From: Octopus sinensis
Lineage: Eukaryota
DNA: 9,449 nt
Direction of reading: 5' to 3'
Assembly: GCF_006345805.1 (NCBI RefSeq)
Contig: NW_021827875.1
Span: 1 to 9,449, forward strand
Part shown: one piece after another, positions 1-7,006 of the stretch
How the letters are laid out: each line of letters opens with the position of its first letter
Numbering within the stretch: position 1 is the stretch's first letter
Notes under the pieces: model-generated
What the model was told of the DNA's origin: nothing
What the model saw: the letters and a program-made list of their open reading frames with translations, nothing else
The model's database searches: none
Made by a program: the position numbers and the translations under genes

Positions 1-126
1 GGAATGTTTGTGTAAATCGTATGTAAAGATATTTCACTGTCAAGAATGAGATTATCAAAAAGTAATTCGAAATTGTAAAGTTTGCAAATTTTCGCGTTCT
101 TTAAAACTTCAAGATTTTTTTTTAAT

Positions 127-515
127 TGGACTGGTGCCCGTCTCCTGAAATCAATTCCATCCTTGTACGGCAGAATGATTTCTGTCATTCTCCCACCTTT
201 TGCACGCGATTTACTGTTCTCGGCAAGTTTAACAGCCTTAAATAAAAGCGATGAGGGAATCAGGCCCATCGATGTGGATAGCACATTCGGGAGACTCGCT
301 GCAAAAATCATTCTTAGTGATGTTTTTCCTGATCTGAGCTCTCATTTGCTTTACCTCAGTTCGGCGTGGGGTCCGAGGTGCCTGTGAGGCATCTGCCCAC
401 GGAGTAAGAGCACTAAAGGCAACTCGAAAATTCCGTTTCTTGTCAAGCTGGGTGTGCGTAACGCCTTTAACAGTGATCGCAGGGACGACATCTTGATGTC
501 TTGGATTAGCAAATT
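127..515 (+). mobile_element. CRE-clade non-LTR retrotransposon, N-terminal part of the reverse transcriptase, frameshifted relic
   Basis: Translation across two frameshifts gives GARLLKSI...LFSASLTALNKSDEGIRPIDVDSTFGRLAAK / LPQFGVGS / ACEASAHGVR / PFLVKLGVRNAFNSDRRDDIL. This follows the CRE-type RT motif order L-x-A-L-x-K-K-D-G-G-I-R-P-I-A-V-G, Q-x-G-V-G-x-x-x-G-C-E, L-x-K-L-D-x-x-N-A-F-N-S. Track ORF 82..387 covers only part of it. Confidence 0.85.
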
Positions 516-936
516 AGGACCTTTTGAGGTTGTTTGAGATATTAACAGCTGATAAATAAAAGTGAAAAATTCTGAATCCGAAAAAGATGTGTTGATATCA
601 CAATCTAAAATAATCCCGAGTTAACGATTCTTTTTGTTTTGTAAAAACCATTATAATTGGGAATGCTGTAAAATGTAACATTGACGTGCAACGCCGCTGT
701 TACACTAACTACAAAAGAGCTTCTTGAGACGAATACAGTCTTACTCTAGAAAAATCACTGAATGATTTCTTTGTCATAATTCCTAAATAATTCACAAAAC
801 CTTCCAAAAAACAGACAGGAGATAAGTTCTTCAGTGCTTCCGAGAAGAATTTAAAGGTGCCGTCCTTTTATAAAGTGAGGAATTAAAAGAAATGAATCTT
901 TTTTAAAAATTTGAAAAAAAACCTGTCTTTAAATTT

Positions 937-1146
937 TCAAAAAAATATTTTTATGGGTTGCAAGTCGAAAATACAGTAGTATAAGTAAGGATCATTTTTG
1001 CAAAAGAATTTTATGTAAAGATCATTATCCAACACAAACAATCTATTGTTTATCGGTCCACGTTCATAAATTAAGTGTCTTGCACCGTCTTCAAAATGTT
1101 CTAACCACAACCATTTGGAATCAAAATTACCTGTCTTTACTTGTCT
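937..1146 (-). other. Stop-free frame of 69 codons without ATG; possible exon of an unidentified gene
   Basis: RQVKTGNFDSKWLWLEHFEDGARHLIYERGPINNRLFVLDNDLYIKFFCKNDPYLYYCIFDLQPIKIFF*. Open in AT-rich DNA, but no family recognised. Confidence 0.15.
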
Positions 1147-1201
1147 TTATATACCACTATAACTATTCGTGATTATAAAGATACCCGTTTCTCTTTTTAC
1201 A

Positions 1202-1375
1202 ACCCAAAACGGAGTATCGGCAGACACTGTTAAATGCGTTGTTAATGTCTAGCTTGACTAGGATTCGGGGATGTGAACTCTTGGAGACAAAACATTTGGC
1301 ACCATGAACCGCTTCCTAACAGCCTGAAGGGATCCCAACTCCAAGCTGTTTCGAGGTAAGGAGCATGTAGAATTT
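1202..1375 (-). mobile_element. Second CRE-clade RT fragment, diverged from the first, with an in-frame stop
   Basis: One frame reads IHKFYMLLTSKQLGVGIPSGC*EAVHGAKCFVSKSSHPRILVKLDINNAFNSVCRYSVLG. A TAG at 1318-1316 stands where Glu/Ala is expected. Confidence 0.85.
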
Positions 1376-1614
1376 GTGAATTAGTCGAAACACGGCAACA
1401 TCCTGTACTCCTCGCAATTTATCCTTCCACGTATTTCCACATCTTACACTCTTAGAAGTTTCTTTCCATCCTCTCGGCTGAGAAGTCCCTTTTCATTCAA
1501 GACATTCACAGTCTCGGCCATAGAACTGTGCATTGCAAAGATATTGGTGTACTTCCGACGACTCGACGCACTTTCCGTTGTTACTGCAGCTGACGGACTC
1601 GCAGTCGTTCACTT

Positions 1615-1637
1615 CTAGAAATGAGTATTACATGAAC
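1615..1637 (-). other. Putative 23-nt spliceosomal intron between EGF1 and EGF2
   Basis: GTTCATGTAATACTCATTTCTAG. Removing it joins ACA A|AA GTG AAC GAC TGC in frame, deletes the TAG that ends track ORF 1615..1890, and falls exactly at the domain boundary. Confidence 0.55.
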
Positions 1638-1732
1638 TTGTGCACTCGAATTCATTCCCTTCGAAGCCATGACTGCACTCATAAACATACGAGTTTACCA
1701 CTTTACTGCATGTCGCATTCTCGTCGCAAACA

Positions 1733-1754
1733 AGGCAACCGAGAGGCAACCGAG
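1733..1754. repeat. Perfect 11-bp tandem duplication (AGGCAACCGAG x2)
   Basis: Read directly at 1733-1743 and 1744-1754. It frameshifts the predicted EGF1 exon relative to the upstream acceptor. Confidence 0.9.
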
Positions 1755-2250
1755 ATTTGCTGAAAGAGCCCGCTTGTCTTCTTTTGGTCGTTTGTTTTAA
1801 AAGAAATTCTTCTAACAATGTCAGTGAGGAGTTGAGTCGCGGCCTTACCGACGATCTCTGAGGTTTTGAAGGCAAGAAGGGCAAACTCAAAAGAGTCCGA
1901 AATATACAGATATTTACACTGGCCTGAGTACTGGCAAAAAATTCGAATTAATTATAATAGAATAAAAATTAAATTATCGAATTTTTATTTTAAAAATAAA
2001 TTTAATGTCAGATGCACGCTTCGTGCTTGTTGTTTTTGTAGCAATGAATTTTTATGTTATATTTATAATTAAATTTTTTGATATTCACAGTTAATATTTG
2101 TATTAAAATTGATTAATTGTATTTTCGATCTGTAGAATCTCTTATTATATTTGATTTTCTGCAATCTGATTGGTAATTTTTTTTAATTCAAATATCTCTT
2201 TTTTTGTCTATACTATATATTATCTTATTTTCTCTGGTCTGATATGAGAT

Positions 2251-2625
2251 TTTAACTTCAACTGTTTTTAAATTATTCATACACGTCACTCCAATCTCTA
2301 TTAGCCATATCTGGTTTAATTTTTTGTCGTATAGGAAAATGTCCGGCTTGTTATATTGAATTTTTGATTCGGTAGGAATAGTAGTGTCAACTCGTATTTC
2401 AGCACGATTGTTGGTAATTCCCCTTTGGATAGAATGAGTTTAACTTTTTTAATTTTGTGAATTCAAATTTTCTGCATAGGTGTATGCTATTAACAATTTC
2501 ATTATGTCGCCTTGTATAATCAGAATTAAGCATTCTATTGCATGAGTTGCCAAATGGTCGATTGTCTTAGAAGTTTTGCAACATGGACACTTCGAACCAA
2601 GCTCGCGAAAGAAAATATTGTTTAA
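2251..2625 (-). mobile_element. R4/Dong-like RLE non-LTR retrotransposon fragment (CCHC knuckle plus PD..D/E endonuclease)
   Basis: Across two frameshifts: NIFFRELGSKCPCCKTSKTIDHLAT / CNRMLNSDYTRRHNEIVNSIHL / THSIQRGITNNRAEIRVDTTIPTESKIQYNKPDIFLYDKKLNQIWLIEIGVTCMNNLKTVEVK. The C-x2-C..H..C knuckle, RHN motif and KPD..IE motif are all present. Confidence 0.9.
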
Positions 2626-2639
2626 AATCGTTTGAGATT

Positions 2640-3066
2640 TTTACAGTATCTCTAAGAGTTAACTTTTTATACGATTCATAGACTGAGTATTTCTCACATT
2701 CTAATATATCCGTTTAAGTAATTTGTGTCCTGTAAAATGTACTTTGAACATTTTTATAATGCCCAGATCCATTTGCTTACTAAGTCCTGTACTGTATTTT
2801 GTAATAAACATTATTTTAATATTTTCCAAATAAAGAGGTGGTAATGGGATGGGCAATTATCTATTAATAACAAAATTGATCTATTTTCAATAAATTGTCA
2901 AAATTCGTAAAAATTGATGCTGTCATACAAGCTCTTTTGGAATTGTAATACGAAACAAAGGAATTATAATCATAATTCTTGAAACTGGCCAATTTTTATT
3001 TCCGATCAACAGTGGTTTATGTGTTCCTGACATATTGGGGCACAACATGACTGAGATTCATCTTTG
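2640..3066 (-). mobile_element. Tigger/pogo (DDE_1, CENP-B-like) transposase relic, copy 1, C-terminal part
   Basis: Across frameshifts: KD(R)ISVMLCPNMSGTHKPLLIG / FKNYDYNSFVSYYNSKRACMTASIF / ILLLIDNCPSH / LENIKIMFITKYSTGLSKQMDLGIIKMFKVHF. This includes the A(W)MT, DN-x-x-x-H and Q-P-x-D-x-G-I-I motif equivalents. Confidence 0.9.
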
Positions 3067-3068
3067 AA

Positions 3069-3400
3069 ATTATTATTATTAAAAGCACTCCAGAGAAGTT
3101 ATAAAACTAATTAAGCTTCCCTTGTGCCGCGTGAACAACGATACTGTCCCACCAAATTGTATAAATGACGGTGTACTGCAAACCCCAGACCATAGTGTCG
3201 ACAAGTGCTGGCCAGTGTGATGTTTTCCTCAGTCGTCTTCGTCTCTTGGAGACAGCAGACACTGACATGGTGATTCCAGAGATCCCTGCAAGTTGGTGCT
3301 GCTTGTAAATGAATTTCAGTCCTGTGGGGGACGTCGCGAAAGTTGTAAAACGCGAAAAAGACATATCCGTAACAGACAGAGGTACGTCACCACTTCAACC
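3069..3400 (-). mobile_element. Short APE-type (RTE-like) LINE derivative inserted in the Tigger relic: 5' end of the endonuclease joined to a (TAA)4 tail
   Basis: More GC-rich than its flanks. ATG at 3364 gives MSFSRFTTFATSPTGLKFIYKQHQLA, then after a 1-nt shift RDLWNHHVSVCCLQETKTTEENITLASTCRHYGLGFAVHRHL, which carries the APE LQET and G-x-G-F motifs. The tail is ATT x4 at 3069-3080 on +. A candidate TSD is AAATT at 3067-3071 and 3405-3409. Confidence 0.8.
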
Positions 3401-3560
3401 AAAAAAATTTTATATCCATCAAAACGTGATTTACAAATACTCCGAGATGGAATCAATTTATAGAATATTCCTGTCTCATCCAAATTGTAAATATTTTCCG
3501 ACGAGTTACTCTGTGAAACTTCAAATTTTTTTAAATTTGAAATGAAATAAAAGCGATTCT
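3401..3560 (-). mobile_element. Tigger/pogo transposase relic, copy 1, N-terminal part of the catalytic domain
   Basis: SSENIYNLDETGIFYKLIPSRSICKSRFDGYKIF contains the first catalytic Asp (DETG). It resumes as KD(R)ISVMLC beyond the insertion. Confidence 0.85.
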
Positions 3561-3569
3561 GCATCATTT

Positions 3570-3990
3570 AATATTGCATTTACGATTTTTCAAAATTTCC
3601 TTGTTTTTATGGATTGGAGCATTATCCATATAAATAATAATTTTCCTTCAGCTAAACTGACAGATAATGCCGTGATAAAATTGCAAAATTTCGATTTTAT
3701 AGATCCAATGTCTGATTCAAATCTCACAATTGTTCCATTGTCATCAATTGCCAAAATAACGTTAAGATTCACTCCTTTGCTTGCCCTTACTGGAACTATC
3801 GCACGTGATCATATATAGGATTGGCCGAATTTTTTTAACGTAAAAAGATTAAAATTTGTTTCGTCCAAATGTATTTTTCTAGTTGTATTACGTTGATAAT
3901 CCAATGAAAATATTTTTCTTTTTTCCATATTTTCCGGACTATTCCTAGAAATTGGTTCTCTTCGCAGCATTTTGTAGGTAATCAATCAAT
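3570..3990 (-). mobile_element. IS630/Tc1-like (DDE_3) transposase relic, truncated before the catalytic Glu
   Basis: ITYKMLRREPISRNSPENMEKRK...IHLDETNFNLFTLKKFGQSYI*SRAIVPVRASKGVNLNVILAI...F / MDNAPIHKNKEI. The two Asp residues are at 3865-3863 and 3626-3624, with a TGA at 3811-3809 and one frameshift. No SPxLNPIE motif follows. Confidence 0.85.
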
Positions 3991-4065
3991 GACAATTTAT
4001 TTATTTTACTAAATACTTATTTTAAAATTCAAATATTCATAAATGATTATATTATTTTTGTGTAA

Positions 4066-4224
4066 CTAATTATCGGCAGAGGACAAGATGGAATGGCAAT
4101 TCCCACGCAAGATGGCTATTGATATGCGTTGGAAAAGCCATGTCCGTTCTCGATGATCGTTTTTCCTTCTGCTTGCCAGATTCCCCAATTTAATGAGAAA
4201 TTTTTTAGTCAGGGGACCGAGGAT
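4066..4224 (-). mobile_element. CRE-clade retrotransposon, extreme C-terminus
   Basis: ILGPLTKKFLIKLGNLASRRKNDHRERTWLFQRISIAILRGNCHSILSSADN* matches the CRE terminal motif F-L-x-x-L-G...L-x-Q-R-I-S-x-A-I-x-R-G-N. Confidence 0.88.
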
Positions 4225-4307
4225 TTTTTAGTCCTTATTTTAAATAACTACAGTTAATTTATTTGAAAAGTCCAGAAAAAATTGATTTTTAATTATTGCG
4301 TCTGCTT

Positions 4308-4756
4308 TCAGTCGATTCTCCTCCTCTTCGAGCCAGAGCAAATGTCTTCGACGGGTACATTTATCCATTTCACAGGGCAGGCCACTTTTGTGGTTGTTCT
4401 CGAGTCCGATTTAATTGCATGCTTTGCCGCTGTAGGAAGGAGTTTATATTCCGGGCGCATGCTTTCCAATTTTTTCTAAATAATTTTTAAATAAAAACTT
4501 TATTTGCGTTAAATTTTTTTCGATTAATTAAAAAAATACGAACTATTTTACGATATTCAAAGAATAAAACTGCCAGTTCTAGCAAGTCACTTTGAGATAT
4601 CGGATATTCTGGTTACTTCCCGATCAGCTTATCTGTACTTAAGGTATAAAACTAGACCTAATTTTAATTGGATTGAATCTACAGAGAAAAAATTACTTAA
4701 TTAATGGATTGTTCACAAAATAGTCAAGAGATATTGCAACTAGACATTTCCACCGT
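4308..4756 (-). CDS. Putative 3' exons of an unidentified host gene (speculative model)
   Basis: The terminal exon 4475-4308 follows TTATTTAG and reads KKLESMRPEYKLLPTAAKHAIKSDSRTTTKVACPVKWINVPVEDICSGSKRRRID*. A 68-nt phase-0 intron (4543-4476) links it to DLLELAVLFFEYRKI. Upstream, RWKCLVAISLDYFVNNPLI follows TTTCAG and joins through either one 107-nt intron or three of 18, 20 and 27 nt. I found no start and recognise no family. Confidence 0.3.
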
Positions 4757-5251
4757 CTGAAATCAAAGTACAAAAAATCAAAACTTGATTAATGTGGTCT
4801 CATGTCAAATCATATCAGACATTTGAGATAAAAATATATAATGGGAACATTTTTCTTTTATTTTCAAAAAAAACTTCGAAAAAAAATAATTCATTCATTT
4901 TTGCCTCTCTGAACCACATTTTTTTTCTTAGAGATTGAAAGAGTAGATAGAATAGATATTTGTTTATAGTTATCTATTTGCAATTCAAATTAGGAGGTAT
5001 CTTGTAGTTGGGCTCTGATGTCAGCCTTCTCTTAATAGAAACGCATAAAAAATGCGTTTTAACATTCATGCTTTCCGATTTCTTTTGAAGCACGACCAAG
5101 CGGATATGTGCCATGGTTGCTTTTTCAATTCCAGGTAGATTTTTTTAGTAATTTGAACAATTCCATTTAAGCAGAACAGGAATTATTTTCTTGATAAACC
5201 ATTCTTTACAACAGATAGGAATGAGTGGATTTTCAGTTTATTGGGCTTCAT

Positions 5252-5447
5252 AAAACTCTTGTAATTCCTTATACGATGAGATAGGACGAACTGGTCACAA
5301 AATGAGTTATTTAATGACATGGGATGGACTGGTCACTAAATACCACAAGGGGACTTAAGACAACTGGGTGCAGATAAGTCTCTACAGGCTTATATGCAGT
5401 CAACTTTCTTAAGAGGACTCTGGAGACTCTCGTTTGATCATCGACGA
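5252..5447 (+). mobile_element. R4/Dong-like RLE retrotransposon, C-terminal fragment
   Basis: KTLVIPYTMR*DELVTK / YLMTWDGLVTKYHK / LRQLGADKSLQAYMQSTF / KRTLET / SFDHRR. This fits the family C-terminal pattern IIPYVMTWDG-x-VTKYH...AYIQS...K-T-L-E-S-I-S-F-D-x-R-R. Confidence 0.85.
5269..5341 (+). repeat. Diverged tandem duplication with 38-nt period inside the R4-like fragment
   Basis: 5269-5303 TTATACGATGAGATAGGACGAACTGGTCACAAAAT versus 5307-5341 TTATTTAATGACATGGGATGGACTGGTCACTAAAT: 27 of 35 positions identical by hand count. Confidence 0.8.
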
Positions 5448-5866
5448 TCCAGTTCTCTCCTGACATTTAGTCAGCGAAAGGTGAGGGACTCACCATCTCA
5501 TAGATCTACAGTGTTAGAGAATAGGAGGAAGAAAATTATCTACTTTGGTTCTTATTTTTTTGCTCTCTTTCAATAGAGGACTAAATCTGTAAGTTACGGC
5601 AAATAGCTTTTTTTGCTTGGTCTATTAGAATCAGTCGTTTCTAAAACTTTCCTTCCATCCTAAAGTTTTTGCGAAAGGCATAGTTAATTATTTATTTGAC
5701 TTATTTGACTTTTTAAAGAGGTGTTTAACTCAACTACAGTTTCTTTTTTTCTGGAGTGTGAATGTGAAAGCACTATTCTTATAGTCTTTATAAATTTACT
5801 TTAAAATAAAATGACAAAACTTTGATTAAATTAGATAAGACAAAATTAACGAGAACAGAAGATTAT

Positions 5867-6641
5867 TTAAACAGTTAAATGAGAAAAATACTCCCATGTC
5901 ATCGCCTTAAAATTACGTCGGCAATCTAGTTTCAGATCATTGTTATTATGTTTGCATCTTTCCTTTAAGTAAGCAAAATTATAACAGTAGACTGTCGGCA
6001 AATCTATATCCAAGCCGCCTTTAATCACGTCAAATTTCTTAACTCCCAATTTTTTTATTTTTGAGGATTTATCTCCGAATATAGTAACCGAGTCGGGTCT
6101 AAACCTACAATATCTCAGTTGTAAAAAATACAGTTCTTCTTCTACATACTTCAAATTTTTAAGAAACTCAAGATTTTGTAATTCATCGGGAACGGCGAAG
6201 ATGATGTATCCACTCAGTGCCTGGACTCAACTTAAATATTTAAAGTTTTCGATTCGAATAGTTCTACTTATAGTAATTTGCAATCAGTACTCTTGAAGCA
6301 TCATGTAAAGACTCCCGATTACGACAGAACAACTTTCAAATTGATTGATGTTCGAATTGGTCATCACAATGACTTCATCCATGATTTCACAAACTATTTT
6401 TTGTAATTAAAGACATTTATAAACTATAAGAGTTATTGAAAAGGTTCATTTTTATTGCGAGTTCGCCGATTAATACTTCCTGTTGTCCACATTCCAACTC
6501 ATTTTCACAATCGTGAATTATTTGTGCTATGAAAATGCTTATGATCAAAAAACTTTTAACAAGTGTAGCGCCACATGGATATTTTATGAAGGAAATTCGT
6601 TTTCCCCGGAATCCAGCGTGATTCTTTTTGTTTTGCTGCAT
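5867..6641 (-). pseudogene. Receptor L-domain (EGFR/insulin-receptor-type) gene, probably pseudogenised
   Basis: Frame 6391-5867 reads CEIMDEVIVMTNSNINQFESCSVVIGSLYM...FKYLS*VQALSGYIIFAVPDELQNLEFLKNLKYV...IKKLGVKKFDVIKGGLDIDLPTVYCY. It parallels EGFR L2 (NATNIKHFKNCTSISGDL...LKTVKEITG...FENLEII...ITSLGLRSLKEISDG). TGA stops lie at 6286-6284 and 6229-6227. A 31-nt phase-1 GT-AG intron (6424-6394) joins track ORF 6417..6641, which has the hydrophobic stretch LVKSFLIISIFIAQII, in frame. Confidence 0.7.
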
Positions 6642-6724
6642 TCTATGTATAAATAGTGCTGCATTTTATGTATAAAGAAAAGTAAGGAAAATAGATCAAT
6701 TTCAATTCAATTTTTTGTAATAAT

Positions 6725-6755
6725 TACAGTGGGTCAAATTAGTCTTGGGACACTT
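6725..6755 (+). mobile_element. Possible solo Tc1-like terminal inverted repeat
   Basis: TA-CAGTGGGTCAAATTAGTCTTGGGACACTT resembles Tc1-family ends (TA target plus CAGT...). I found no inverted partner in the window. Confidence 0.3.
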
Positions 6756-6923
6756 GTTATTTTTAATTAAATTTTTATTTTCTTTAACATGGCTGTTTTT
6801 CTCCTTTTATGTATCCATTGAGAATATATTTGCATTAAGGTATTCTCCGGATAAAAGCGTCTTGTAATTTCCGAAAATGTCAACAGCAAAATAAAATTGA
6901 AAAATGAATAGAACTTTGTTTTT

Positions 6924-7006
6924 TAGACCTTCGACACGAATGCTTGATGCATTAACACTAATTCTAGATCCATCAGCACTAATGCTGGTACATTAACACT
7001 AATGCT
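6924..7006 (-). repeat. Four degenerate 20-21-nt tandem units
   Basis: Minus-strand units AGCATTAGTGTTAATGTACC, AGCATTAGTGCTGATGGATCT, AGAATTAGTGTTAATGCATCA and AGCATTCGTGTCGAAGGTCTA encode SISVN.., SISADGS, RISVNAS and SIRVEGL. Confidence 0.65.

Larger units (their letters stand above)
1408..1759 (-). pseudogene. Fragment of a gene with tandem EGF-like repeats (two clear, one degenerate)
   Basis: EGF1 is GCLVCDENATCSKVVNSYVYECSHGFEGNEFECT. A 23-nt GT-AG intron leads to EGF2, VNDCESVSCSNNGKCVESSEVHQYLCNAQFYGRDCE, with spacing C-x4-C-x5-C-x8-[Y]-x-C-x8-C. A decayed third repeat ends CGNTWK(G)INCEE if a 2-nt loss is assumed. The acceptor CTTTCAG (AG at 1761-1760) and the internal intron are both phase 1, as is typical of EGF exons. 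Lesions: an 11-bp duplication, TGA at 1495-1493 and two Cys-to-Tyr changes. Confidence 0.7.

Noticed and set aside
82-387. Track ORF as a real 101-aa protein
   Set aside because: It has a TTG start in AT-rich DNA, and the RT homology continues past it in other frames. It is part of a frameshifted CRE relic.
1533-1763. Plus-strand 76-aa Cys/His-rich ORF
   Set aside because: It is the antisense shadow of the EGF exons.
1866-2072. 68-aa ORF rich in Asn/Lys/Ile/Tyr
   Set aside because: Low-complexity AT-rich translation with no recognisable motif.
3309-3818. Plus-strand ORFs 3309..3545 and 3609..3818
   Set aside because: They are antisense to the Tigger, LINE and Tc1 relics.
4282-4490. Two overlapping plus-strand ORFs
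   Set aside because: Neither has a motif, and the minus strand offers a better exon with an acceptor and a terminal stop.
5039-5059. Hairpin AAACGCAT-AAAAA-ATGCGTTT as a terminator
   Set aside because: An 8-bp AT-rich stem in eukaryotic DNA is plausible by chance and has no linked gene.
1493-5284. RIP-like or deaminase-driven TG-to-TA hypermutation
   Set aside because: TGT-to-TAT twice and TGG-to-TAG once fit, but other lesions are transversions and indels. There are too few sites and no consensus to count against.
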